Source of the DNA: Gemmatimonadota bacterium
Lineage (GTDB): Bacteria > Gemmatimonadota > Gemmatimonadetes > Gemmatimonadales > Gemmatimonadaceae
NCBI GenBank assembly: GCA_040389905.1
Contig: JAZJZK010000007.1
Coordinates: 64,001 to 128,000 of the forward strand
Length of the DNA: 64,000 nt
Reading direction: 5' to 3'
The notes beneath the pieces were generated by a model. That model saw only the letters and a list, made by a program, of their open reading frames with translations, searched no databases and was not told the origin of the DNA. This document shows, piece after piece, positions 38,798 to 47,773 of this stretch. Both the position numbers and the translations under genes were made by a program. Every line of letters begins with the position of its first letter. Within the stretch, counting starts at the first letter, position 1.

Positions 38798-39487
38798 ATG
38801 CAAATGAAACAGCAGCGCCGCATCGATTCACTCCGCCGGATCCTCGACTACCTCGTGATCTACGCGGAAAAACTCGGCAGCATCGCGACGTCTGAGCCCG
38901 CCACTCAGCTCAGCATCTCGATTGCCACCGCCGAGTCACTCGGGAACGAGCAGGGTAGTGCTCAGCGTCGCATCTTCGGGCAGTTCTCCCGCGAGAGTGC
39001 GATCACGCGCGAGCTCCGCGTCGTGCACATGCAGCCGATCATCACGTTCGCAAAGGCTCGGCTGCATGGCGTTCCCGACATCGCCGCACTCACACCGTCA
39101 CCGCGGAATCTGCTCGGTCCGCACCTCGTTCGCGCGGCGCGGACGATGGCGACGGCGGCTGCACCATACGCCGAGGTGCTCACGCAGGGCGGATTTCCGC
39201 ACGACGCCCTTGCCCAACTCGGCGCCGCGGCGGACGCACTCGAGGCAGCATGGCTCGATCGCGGCAACACCAGGGTCGATCGCGCAAAATCGACGCACGG
39301 CATCAAGTGCGCGCTCGATTCCGGCGCGGAGGCGGTTTCGATCCTCAATGCACTTGTCACAAGACAGTTTGCGAAGGACCCAACATTCCTCGCCGGTTGG
39401 AACATCGCCCGGCGCGTTCACGCGAAGCCTGGCACTCTTCGCGCGGGCGTCGCATCCGAAACGCCGGAGCACACCGCCGCTGCATAG
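38798..39487 (+). CDS. Hypothetical, predicted all-helical protein
   Basis: 229-aa ORF with amphipathic helical pattern; no recognisable motif. Confidence 0.7.
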   Translation: MQMKQQRRIDSLRRILDYLVIYAEKLGSIATSEPATQLSISIATAESLGNEQGSAQRRIFGQFSRESAITRELRVVHMQPIITFAKARLHGVPDIAALTPSPRNLLGPHLVRAARTMATAAAPYAEVLTQGGFPHDALAQLGAAADALEAAWLDRGNTRVDRAKSTHGIKCALDSGAEAVSILNALVTRQFAKDPTFLAGWNIARRVHAKPGTLRAGVASETPEHTAAA

Positions 39488-39579
39488 CGGTGCGTAACAA
39501 GAGACCTGCATTCGCGTCAGTTCAAGAGCGGGTGCAGGTCTCGGTGCGGTGCAAAGAGCGAAGCAAGCCGCGCGACGAG

Positions 39580-39714
39580 CGTGAAGGAACCGTGAAAGAG
39601 ACCGTGAAGAAAAGCGTGAAGAAGGCCGTGAAGACAGGCGTGAAACTGCGTGCACGGGTTTTCACGTCTTTATTCACATAGTTCTTCACGGGTCACTTCA
39701 CGTCGTCGTTCACG
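39580..39714. repeat. Symmetric inverted array: (CGTGAA-N6)n - CGTGCACG - (TTCACG-N6)n
   Basis: CGTGAA at 39580, 39591, 39603, 39615, 39627, 39639; TTCACR at 39661, 39673, 39685, 39697, 39709. Confidence 0.9.
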
Positions 39715-39854
39715 GCCTCAGCTTCTCGGTCATTGAAGAAGCGGCCGCTTCCTTGCATTGCATCGACCGCGGCTGAAGGCGCGGCACCCTGCCGTGGACA
39801 TGCAGCATCGATCGACGCGAGCCGCGGCGTTCGCCCCTCAATCAAGAATATGAC

Positions 39855-40031
39855 ATGCGCAATTCAGGCAAAGCGCCGACGTTCCCGGTATGGGTCATTT
39901 CCCTGATTCTCTACGTCGTTGCACTCGCGGCGCATTTTGGCTTCGTGCGAGTCGGTGAGCCCGCGGCAACCTGGTCATGGATCATTGGGTTGGGCCTGCT
40001 GCTGATTGCGTGCCGAGTCCGGGGCCTTTGA
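39855..40031 (+). CDS. Small two-TM membrane protein (58 aa, absent from the ORF track)
   Basis: MRNSGKAPTFPVWVISLILYVVALAAHFGFVRVGEPAATWSWIIGLGLLLIACRVRGL*. Confidence 0.65.
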   Translation: MRNSGKAPTFPVWVISLILYVVALAAHFGFVRVGEPAATWSWIIGLGLLLIACRVRGL

Positions 40032-40202
40032 ATCGAGTGCTCCAAGGCAGCACGCATCCACTTCTTGATGCGCGGTTCGACGGAGTCAGGGCATTTTGAA
40101 CATGTGTGACCGATTGTCCACGTATCGAGATCCGCGTGACCCGCTCGGTGGTGCGATGGACATGGCCGTTTCACGACGGACGGGAAGCTGCCACATTACG
40201 GC

Positions 40203-41249
40203 GTGTTCACCATCTGCATTCACTGCTGCCAGAAGCTCGGCACGAACGAGCTGATCGAGCACTTCCCCGTCGGCGAGAAACTCGCGTTCGACTCCGACCG
40301 CGGCCGCCTCTGGGTCATTTGCCCGCATTGCGCCCGCTGGAACCTCACGCCCCTCGAGGAACGTTGGGAAGCCGTAGAGGAATGCGAGCGCCAGTTCCGC
40401 GCGCAACGCTTACGCGCGCAGACCACCAACATCGGCTACGCCAACACCCGCGCGGGACTCGGCTTGGTGCGCATTGGCGCTCCGCTGCGTCCCGAGTTCG
40501 CCGCGTGGCGATACGGCCGCGAGTTCAGCCGCCGCCGCGCACGTGCCATCGCCATCGTCGGAGGCGGAGCGCTCCTCGGCGCGGGCCTGATCGTCGGAAC
40601 CGCCGCATTCGGCGCCGCACTCTTCCTTCCGCATCTGGCCTTTGGCGTCGCGAATCGGATACGAGAGTCGGTCGGCGGCGGGCTGAACCTGCGCATTCCA
40701 CGCGGCGGCTCGCGCGAGTGGAATGTGTCGAAAGAGCGAACCATGATCCTCGCCGACGGCAACGGTGGCTGGATGCTGCACGTCCGTCACGAATTCGGCA
40801 CCGAGGAGTATCGCGGCGCGGAGGCGCTGCGCTTCCTCTCGATGCTGCTCGCCCGCGTGAATGGCGCTGGCGCGCGGGACAACATGATCCGTCGCGCCGT
40901 CGTCGAGGTCGAGCAAAGCCCGCTTCTCGGAATGCTCGAGCAGATCGCCGTGGCGTCAACCGAATTCTGGACGCTCGACCGCGAGCGTCAGGCGTTGTTC
41001 GATGGCAGACGGTTCAAGATGCACGAAAGGCACCGGCCACCAAACCGTGCCGGCATCGGGCGCATCGATCCGGTCAAGCGACTTGCAATCGAGATGGCCC
41101 TGCACGAATCCGCGGAGCAAAAGGCGATCGACGGCGACCTCGCCGAGCTCGAAGCATCGTGGCGGGCAGCGGAAGAGATTGCGGGAATCGCGGACGACCT
41201 TCTCTTGCCTCCATCGGTGACCGAGTTCATCTCGAAGAACAAGCGTTGA
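40203..41249 (+). CDS. Hypothetical zinc-ribbon membrane protein
   Basis: CIHC...CPHC pair, central hydrophobic hairpin, LAIEMALHE...WRAAEEIAGIADDL. Confidence 0.75.
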   Translation: MFTICIHCCQKLGTNELIEHFPVGEKLAFDSDRGRLWVICPHCARWNLTPLEERWEAVEECERQFRAQRLRAQTTNIGYANTRAGLGLVRIGAPLRPEFAAWRYGREFSRRRARAIAIVGGGALLGAGLIVGTAAFGAALFLPHLAFGVANRIRESVGGGLNLRIPRGGSREWNVSKERTMILADGNGGWMLHVRHEFGTEEYRGAEALRFLSMLLARVNGAGARDNMIRRAVVEVEQSPLLGMLEQIAVASTEFWTLDRERQALFDGRRFKMHERHRPPNRAGIGRIDPVKRLAIEMALHESAEQKAIDGDLAELEASWRAAEEIAGIADDLLLPPSVTEFISKNKR

Positions 41250-41296
41250 CGGTGTATTGCGCCCACTTGCCCCACGGAATTAGAGCCGAGCAGATT

Positions 41297-41803
41297 ATGG
41301 CCATGCCAGCGCACGCGCCGACTCATCGTTGGACGGAAGAGGAGTTCTACGCCGCGCGCGACGCGGCTCCCGCCGGCGAACGGTGGGAACTGTTCGTCAG
41401 GCTGCACGCCTATGTGCGTGAGCAACGCATCGGTACCGCCTACTGCGCGCCTCTCGATGTAAAGCTCGAGCCCGGTCTCGTGATGCAGCCCGACGTCCTC
41501 GTCGTTCCCGCCGGCCATCTCCGCCAGCACGACGATATCGTCCGCGCCTTGCTGCTGGCCGCCGAAGTCATCTCCCCAAGCTCGGCGCGCTTCGATCGTG
41601 TCATCAAGCGGCCGCGCTACCAGCGCCACAAGGTGTCCGAATACTGCGTCATCGATCAGGAGGCAGAGACGTTCGAACGTTGGCAACCCGCGGATGAGCG
41701 CCCCGCGATTCTCTCCGAGCGTCTCACGTGGCATCCATCAGCAGCGGCAGTGCCGTTCGAGCTCGACATTCCTGCATTCTTTCGCGAAGCGAAGCCTCTT
41801 TAG
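41297..41803 (+). CDS. Uma2/DUF820 endonuclease family, apparent internal in-frame deletion
   Basis: WT.EE, QPDVLV, AEVISPSS...DR..KR..Y...V.EY..ID; the DG...P...HQ segment is missing. Confidence 0.8.
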   Translation: MAMPAHAPTHRWTEEEFYAARDAAPAGERWELFVRLHAYVREQRIGTAYCAPLDVKLEPGLVMQPDVLVVPAGHLRQHDDIVRALLLAAEVISPSSARFDRVIKRPRYQRHKVSEYCVIDQEAETFERWQPADERPAILSERLTWHPSAAAVPFELDIPAFFREAKPL

Positions 41804-41805
41804 AG

Positions 41806-42804
41806 ATGATGCCGAACACCGTTCGCCGGCTCTCACGCCTCTCGCTTGCCGCCGCGCTCACACTCGCCGCTGCCGAGCTCGGCGCGCAATCCCCGAGCGC
41901 CAACTCCGGCAATCCCATTCTGCCCGGCTGGTACGCCGACCCCGAAGCCCACGTCTTCAACGGCCAATACTGGATCTTCCCCACCTACTCGGCGCCGTAC
42001 AACCAACAGACCTTCCTCGACGCATTCTCGTCGAAGGACCTCGTCACGTGGACCAGGCACGCCCGCGTGCTCGACACCGCGGACGTGAAATGGGCGCGCC
42101 GAGCCGTGTGGGCGCCGTCGATCATCGAGAAGGACGGCTGGTACTACCTCTTCTTCGGTGCGAACGACATCCAGAACGACACCGCACGCGGGGGTATCGG
42201 CGTCGCGCGCGCTCGCACCCCCGAAGGCCCATTCAAGGACTACCTCGGCAAGCCGCTGATCGATGCGTTCCACAACGGCGCGCAGCCGATCGACCAGATG
42301 GTGTTCAAGGACGTAGACGGCTCATACTACATCATCTACGGCGGCTGGCGGCACTGCAACATCGCGCGCCTGAACGACACGTTCACTGGCTTCATCCCAT
42401 TTGCGGACGGAACGACGTTCAGGGAGATCACGCCCGCAGGCTATGTGGAAGGCGCATACATGCTGATCCGCGACGGCAAGTACTACTTCATGTGGTCCGA
42501 GGGCGGTTGGACGGGGCCCAACTACGCGGTGGCGTATGCCGTCGGCACGTCGGCCTTCGGGCCCTTCGAGCGCGTCGGCAAGATTCTCCAGCAGGACTCG
42601 ACCGTCGCCACCGGGGCGGGGCACCACTCGGTGCTGCACGCGGACGGCTCTCCGAACTGGTACATCGTGTATCACCGCCGGCCCCTTGGTGAGACCGACC
42701 GCAATCACCGCGTGGTGAGTATCGACGAATTGCACTTCGACGCGCGCGGGTTGATCGAGCCGGTGAAGATCACGCGCGACGGTGTCAAGCGCGACCCTCG
42801 CTGA
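41806..42804 (+). CDS. Glycoside hydrolase family 43, secreted
   Basis: NPILPGWYADP, WAP, IDQMVF, YVEG, GHHS. Confidence 0.92.
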   Translation: MMPNTVRRLSRLSLAAALTLAAAELGAQSPSANSGNPILPGWYADPEAHVFNGQYWIFPTYSAPYNQQTFLDAFSSKDLVTWTRHARVLDTADVKWARRAVWAPSIIEKDGWYYLFFGANDIQNDTARGGIGVARARTPEGPFKDYLGKPLIDAFHNGAQPIDQMVFKDVDGSYYIIYGGWRHCNIARLNDTFTGFIPFADGTTFREITPAGYVEGAYMLIRDGKYYFMWSEGGWTGPNYAVAYAVGTSAFGPFERVGKILQQDSTVATGAGHHSVLHADGSPNWYIVYHRRPLGETDRNHRVVSIDELHFDARGLIEPVKITRDGVKRDPR

Positions 42805-42834
42805 ACAATCCGAGCTCTAGCGCGAGCGTGTGAA

Positions 42835-42863
42835 AAGGGCGGGAGCCTTTAGCTCCCGCCCTT
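42835..42863. terminator. Intrinsic terminator hairpin between convergent genes
   Basis: aagggcgggagc-cttta-gctcccgccctt with A-run on the left side. Confidence 0.8.
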
Positions 42864-42892
42864 CCGGCAGTCCAGTTACTACCTGACGATGC

Positions 42893-43534
42893 TTACGCGC
42901 GTTTCCGCCGGCGAACGAACATCACGCCGGCGAGCCCGGTCGCCACCAAGGCGAGACTCGCGGGTTCCGGTGTGGCCGAGATATCCTCGCCGTACTCGCG
43001 GAATGCCAGATCATAACTACTGATGGCCTGGTACGGGTCACTCACCTCCGTACCCGGCTTGAACAGAAACTCACCGCCGCCGTACACGTTGGTCTGCGAG
43101 TACTGAAATTCCGCAAAGAACGCATACTGCCCCTCATGCGGCTGGGCCTGGGAGTCGAGAAACGCGAGGAAATAGGTACCGCCCGGAGTGAGACTCACCG
43201 GATTGTCCCAGAATGCATCGACCCACACCGTTTGCAGGGCGGGGATGAAGAGCGTCGTGCTCTTCGATGCGAGTAGCGTACCGCCATCGTTCGGCAGGCC
43301 CCCTCCCCAGAGCGTAACGTCCATGATCGTCGTATAGTCGAGACCATAGGACGCCTTCACGAGCACACCAGCACCCAGGCTCGTATTCATCGTGGGCGTG
43401 AAACTCTGACCTGTACCGGCGTCCACGTAGCGCCCCGTCGTCCCCGACGTCGATTGCTGGTCGATGGTTTGTGCGAGCGCAGGTGCGCTGACGAGTAGCG
43501 TGAGCGCGATACCGCGAACTGTCCTGGAAAACAT
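42893..43534 (-). CDS. PEP-CTERM sorting-domain protein
   Basis: Signal peptide; C-terminal TPEPASLALVATGLAGVMFVRRRKRA. Confidence 0.92.
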   Translation of the reverse strand: MFSRTVRGIALTLLVSAPALAQTIDQQSTSGTTGRYVDAGTGQSFTPTMNTSLGAGVLVKASYGLDYTTIMDVTLWGGGLPNDGGTLLASKSTTLFIPALQTVWVDAFWDNPVSLTPGGTYFLAFLDSQAQPHEGQYAFFAEFQYSQTNVYGGGEFLFKPGTEVSDPYQAISSYDLAFREYGEDISATPEPASLALVATGLAGVMFVRRRKRA

Positions 43535-43578
43535 CCTGGCTCCTGATGGCGGGTAGAGGTCGTATCTCGACCGCTGAC

Positions 43579-43594
43579 GCAAGTTCATGCCCAA
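43579..43594 (-). promoter_or_regulatory. Possible sigma-54 promoter of the PEP-CTERM gene
   Basis: Minus strand TTGGGCATGAACTTGC (GG-N10-GC) about 45 nt upstream of ATG; imperfect -24 box. Confidence 0.35.
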
Positions 43595-43794
43595 ATCATC
43601 AACGTCAATGCAATCCACCTAAACGTTGAGACGTCAAAGACTTAGGCCCGAGTGTGGCCTGTCGAAGGAGGATGCGGCGCACAGATGTGTGGTGCACCAG
43701 AAGCAAGGTGTGGCGAAAAAACTACAGCTGACCCCATTCTCGAGATCATGCTCACGTGCCAGCCACCCGCGCGCGATCTTCGCCGAACAACCCC

Positions 43795-43973
43795 TGAGCT
43801 CGAGTCATGAGCCATCAGCGAGAGCATGAGCGTGAGCCTCCAGCATTGAGCCTATGAGAGCTTGAAGCTCGAGCTCTGAGCAACAGCTCAGGCTCTGATC
43901 TGCTCATGGCTGGAAGCTCGCGCTCACGCTCACGCTCAGGCTCACAGCTCGAACTCAAGCTCCAGCTCGAGGC
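43795..43973. repeat. Degenerate 6-bp-period GAGC / GCTC inverted array
   Basis: Left half (tGAGCn)n, right half (GCTCan)n; related to 58584-58745. Confidence 0.8.
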
Positions 43974-44002
43974 TTGTGATGCGTTCGGGCGGCCAATAGT
44001 AT
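43974..44002 (+). promoter_or_regulatory. Sigma-70-type promoter for the trpS leader
   Basis: TTGTGA-N17-TAGTAT, ending 7 nt before the leader ATG. Confidence 0.6.
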
Positions 44003-44009
44003 TCAGTGA

Positions 44010-44078
44010 ATGACAAGCACCGCACGCACGCTGACCCCCAGCTGGCGCTGGCCCTCTCCCGGAGTGGCCAGTCGGTAG
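44010..44078 (+). CDS. Trp leader peptide MTSTARTLTPSWRWPSPGVASR (attenuator)
   Basis: 22-codon ORF with TGG-CGC-TGG directly upstream of trpS and of a terminator hairpin. Confidence 0.8.
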   Translation: MTSTARTLTPSWRWPSPGVASR

Positions 44079-44105
44079 CGCACGTCAGGTGACGTCGTAA
44101 TTCCC

Positions 44106-44142
44106 ACGGGCTGCTCGCTGTCGAGCGGCCCGTTCTGTTTCT
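44106..44142 (+). terminator. Attenuator terminator hairpin
   Basis: ACGGGCTGCTCG-ctgt-CGAGCGGCCCGT followed by TCTGTTTCT. Confidence 0.75.
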
Positions 44143-44181
44143 GCAAACCGCATTCGGCGCGAGCTGCCCTCAATTCCAGGA

Positions 44182-45210
44182 ATGAGGAGTCTCATGTCGA
44201 ACACCCAGATAGAACCCGGTGACGTCGTACTCACCGGCGATCGTCCCACCGGCCGTCTGCACCTCGGCCACTTCGCCGGATCGCTCAAGAGTCGAGTCGC
44301 ACTTCAGGGCCGCGTCAAGCAGACCCTACTCATCGCCGACCTCCAGGCGCTCACCGATAACAGCGGCAAGCCCGCGGACATCGCGGCCCATGTCGAGGAA
44401 GTCGCGCTCGATTATCTCGCCGTGGGCATCGATCCCGCCATCACCATGATCGCGGTACAATCACAGCTGCCTGCGCTCGCGGAGTTGACGGTACTCTACC
44501 TCAACCTCGTCACCCTCGCGCGCCTCGAGCGCAATCCAACCGTCAAATCCGAGATCGCCGCGCGCGGATACGATCGCGACGTCCCCGCCGGGTTTCTCTG
44601 TTACCCCGTGAGCCAGGCCGCCGACATCACTGGCTTTCGTGCCACGCTGGTACCTGTTGGCGACGACCAGCTTCCGATGCTCGAGCAGACGAATGAGATC
44701 GTGCGCAAACTCAATCGCTTGGCGGGCCGAGATCTGCTTCCGGAGTGTCGGCCAATGTTGTCGAACGCACCGCGCTTGCCCGGCGTCGACGGGCGCAAGG
44801 CGAGCAAGTCCCTCGGCAATGCCATCCCGTTGACCGCGACGCCGGAAGACATCGCGACAGCCGTGAACGCGATGTACACCGATCCCGCCCATCTCCAGGC
44901 CGACTTTCCCGGAACCGTCGAAGGGAACGTGGTCTTCGCGCACCTCGACGCATTCGATCCGAACGTCGAGGCCGTGGCCGAGCTCAAGGCGCGCTACCGG
45001 CATGGCGGGCTTGGCGATCAACAACTCAAACGCCGACTCACCGGTGTGCTCGAAGAGGTCGTCGCACCGATGCGCGCTCGGCGCAAGGCCGCCGAGGCTG
45101 ACCGTGAGTACGTGCGCGCTGTGCTCGAAGAGGGCACTCGGCGTGCACGTGACGTCACCGCCGGCGTCCTCGCCGATGTGCGTCGCGCCTTTTCGCTGCT
45201 GTCGTGGTAG
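44182..45210 (+). CDS. trpS: Tryptophanyl-tRNA synthetase (TrpRS II-like)
   Basis: TGDRPTGRLHLGH, YPVSQAADI, VPVGDDQ, KASKS (KMSKS variant). Confidence 0.95.
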   Translation: MRSLMSNTQIEPGDVVLTGDRPTGRLHLGHFAGSLKSRVALQGRVKQTLLIADLQALTDNSGKPADIAAHVEEVALDYLAVGIDPAITMIAVQSQLPALAELTVLYLNLVTLARLERNPTVKSEIAARGYDRDVPAGFLCYPVSQAADITGFRATLVPVGDDQLPMLEQTNEIVRKLNRLAGRDLLPECRPMLSNAPRLPGVDGRKASKSLGNAIPLTATPEDIATAVNAMYTDPAHLQADFPGTVEGNVVFAHLDAFDPNVEAVAELKARYRHGGLGDQQLKRRLTGVLEEVVAPMRARRKAAEADREYVRAVLEEGTRRARDVTAGVLADVRRAFSLLSW

Positions 45211-45234
45211 GCGCCGGTGCACCAATAGCAAGAA

Positions 45235-47625
45235 TCACGGCCACGGCAGCGGCAGCACCGCAAATCGCGACCGCGTCTTCGCATCGTCCTGTCCATCGAA
45301 ATACCGCTTGATGTCGCGAACAGCCTTCGCTCGGAGCGCTCGATCCGCCGCCGTTCCGCCGTTCGCCGCCGACAGCCGATTCTTCAGCGCTTCGAGATGC
45401 ATCTCGATCGTCGCACGAACGTCCGGTAGCGCCTGCGCATCGCCCGCCCGATCCAGCATTGTATTCAGCACCACTTGTTGCGTCGTCCGCCGCAACGCCT
45501 GCGTCCCCGTATTCGCCGAGGGCGCAGCACCCCACGTCCGTCCAACGACGGTGCCGATCACTTCATCGAGCGACAAATTCGACGCATCACGCGCGTTGAA
45601 TAACACCAGCCGTCCGAGCCGATCGCGCTCGAACAAGTTCTCGATCACTTCAGTCGAAAGACCACCTGCCAGCGACACCTGATCGAGTGCCGTGCCCGCA
45701 TAGCCCAACCACGCCATTGACGCATCGCCACCAGGCGGCACGGGTGGAATCATGGCCAGCACGCGCTCCGGCACCGCGAGCGCAGCCGGTTCGAGCGCAT
45801 CGAGCGCCATCGTCAGTGCGCGCCGCTGCTGCGCGGCGGGAAGAATCGTCGTCGGCGTCTGGCCGTCGCCACGCATCGCGTACCGGAAGTCCATTCCGCC
45901 CACGTACTTCACCAGACCCTCGAGCGAGTACCGATGGTGCAGATACACATGTGCAAAGCGCATGTTGAGGAGGTACATCGGCTCGCCGGGCTTGATGGCG
46001 CGCTCGTCGAACTTGTCGATCAACAGCCGCCGCACCTTCGACGTCCGCTCGACCGCATCGAACATCGTCGCACCTGCGATCCAACGTGTGGCCTCGGGGA
46101 TCGAACCGTCCGCATCCGCATGCTGATCGGCGACGAAGCGCACGTTCTTCGACAACCCGTCCTTGATGATCTTCTCAAGCCCGGCCTTCTCGGCCGCTGC
46201 ATTCGGGAACCACGTGTAACCGTAGCGCACCGTCAGCGTATCCCACGCGCCACCGGCAGGTGCATATGCCTTGGAGAGGTCGATCTGGCCCGCCGCATTT
46301 AGCGAGATGAGCGGGAAGGGATAATCCATCACCGACGTGCGGCCCTGCGCATGCGCGATGTAGTTGTGCGGGAAGCCGAGTGTGTGGCCGATCTCGTGCG
46401 CGGCGTGCTGGCGTCGGCGCCACATCGCGAACGCGTCGGCCGACATGCCGAGTCCTTGTGGACCGGCCGCGGGCAGCAGGCCTGCGTAGATGTTGTAGTC
46501 AACGAGCGAGCGCCATGCGTCCATGCGGACCACGGTGCGAATGATCTCGCCGGTACGAGGATCGGACATCGATGGGCCAACGGAGGGACCTGGTCCACTG
46601 CGGTGAACCCAGTACACCATGTTGTAACGCGCGTCCATCGGATCGACGCCAGCGGGAAGATCGAGCACCGCGAACGCGTTCTTGAATCCCGCCGCCTCGA
46701 ACGTCTTGTTCCACCACATGCCGCCTTCGCGCAGCGCTTCGCGGTACTCGGCAGGAATGCCCGGATCGAGATAGTAGATGATCGGCGTTACCGGCTCCGT
46801 GAGTTCGCCGCGCTGATACGCCGCGGGGTCCTTCGGCACCAACCGCCAGCGACCGGCAATCGCGTCGCGATACGTGCCGTCGTAACTCTGGCCGAAGTCG
46901 TAGAACTGCGGCCCGTTCACGCCGGAGCGCGAGTCGCCTTCACGCGCGCGGAAGCCTTCCGCGCTCGGAAGCTCGACGAGCGAGTGATGCACTTCCATCG
47001 TGATCGACGCCGGATCCGGCGCCCCTCGGCGCAGCGCTGCGCCGGGGTTGTCGACGGCAAAGGTCAACACCGAGTGCACTTCGGTGTTCTTCGGGAAGGC
47101 CTTCGTTCGCGCGGGGTCGATCCAGCTTCGGTTCGCGTCGAGTCGTGCGGTTCCTTGCTGCCCACGACGAATGGCGTCGGCGATGCCTTGTGGATCGGCG
47201 AGGAAGAACGACGTCGCATCGGCGACCATCACGCCATTCGCTTCCGACTCGATGGGGAACTGCGCAATCACCGATGTCGCGAATGCTTCGGATGCCGCAC
47301 GCATGCTCGCGGCGGTGGCGCCCTGCGCGCGGACGCTCCAGTTGTCGCGCACCATCACGATGCGCTTGCCTCGCCGCTCGAAGCGCACGACAACGCTGCC
47401 GCCGAGGTTGCCGCGATCGAGGCCGAGTGAGCCAAAGCCTGTCGCGAGCACGTTCTGATAGAGGAAGTCCTTGCCGAGCCGGTCGTTGGTGATCTCGAGC
47501 AGCACCTTGTTGCGGTCGGCATCGACGCGAACGCCGACGAAGTCGGCGAAGGCTTTGGCGGGCGTCGGTACGAATGCGGCAGTGACGCAGAGCAGGGCGA
47601 GGAGTGCGGTACGGTTGAGGCGCAT
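45235..47625 (-). CDS. Secreted zinc metalloprotease (DUF5117/DUF4953-type metzincin)
   Basis: HEIGHTLGFPHN, SVMDY Met-turn, DPRTGEII. Confidence 0.9.
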   Translation of the reverse strand: MRLNRTALLALLCVTAAFVPTPAKAFADFVGVRVDADRNKVLLEITNDRLGKDFLYQNVLATGFGSLGLDRGNLGGSVVVRFERRGKRIVMVRDNWSVRAQGATAASMRAASEAFATSVIAQFPIESEANGVMVADATSFFLADPQGIADAIRRGQQGTARLDANRSWIDPARTKAFPKNTEVHSVLTFAVDNPGAALRRGAPDPASITMEVHHSLVELPSAEGFRAREGDSRSGVNGPQFYDFGQSYDGTYRDAIAGRWRLVPKDPAAYQRGELTEPVTPIIYYLDPGIPAEYREALREGGMWWNKTFEAAGFKNAFAVLDLPAGVDPMDARYNMVYWVHRSGPGPSVGPSMSDPRTGEIIRTVVRMDAWRSLVDYNIYAGLLPAAGPQGLGMSADAFAMWRRRQHAAHEIGHTLGFPHNYIAHAQGRTSVMDYPFPLISLNAAGQIDLSKAYAPAGGAWDTLTVRYGYTWFPNAAAEKAGLEKIIKDGLSKNVRFVADQHADADGSIPEATRWIAGATMFDAVERTSKVRRLLIDKFDERAIKPGEPMYLLNMRFAHVYLHHRYSLEGLVKYVGGMDFRYAMRGDGQTPTTILPAAQQRRALTMALDALEPAALAVPERVLAMIPPVPPGGDASMAWLGYAGTALDQVSLAGGLSTEVIENLFERDRLGRLVLFNARDASNLSLDEVIGTVVGRTWGAAPSANTGTQALRRTTQQVVLNTMLDRAGDAQALPDVRATIEMHLEALKNRLSAANGGTAADRALRAKAVRDIKRYFDGQDDAKTRSRFAVLPLPWP

Positions 47626-47773
47626 CGATTGGGGATGTGGGCTGGTGGGGAGTGCGCTGAAACTACGCTCCGCTGTCTCGTGTCCGCTATCCACCGATCG
47701 GATCAACCGCCGGCTTGTAGCCAGGCGGCACGAGGGTCAGGCACGCAGAGCACAATTTGGCTACCTTTGTAGT

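Noticed and set aside
38047..38831. ORFs 38047-38439, 38086-38823, 38133-38522, 38186-38623 and 38523-38831 as genes
   Set aside because: They stay open because of the repeat's composition; low-complexity products in several frames
40106..41296. 565-aa ORF as a long Uma2 fusion
   Set aside because: The N-terminal ~400 aa is an Arg-rich shadow frame of 40203-41249; the real gene starts near 41297
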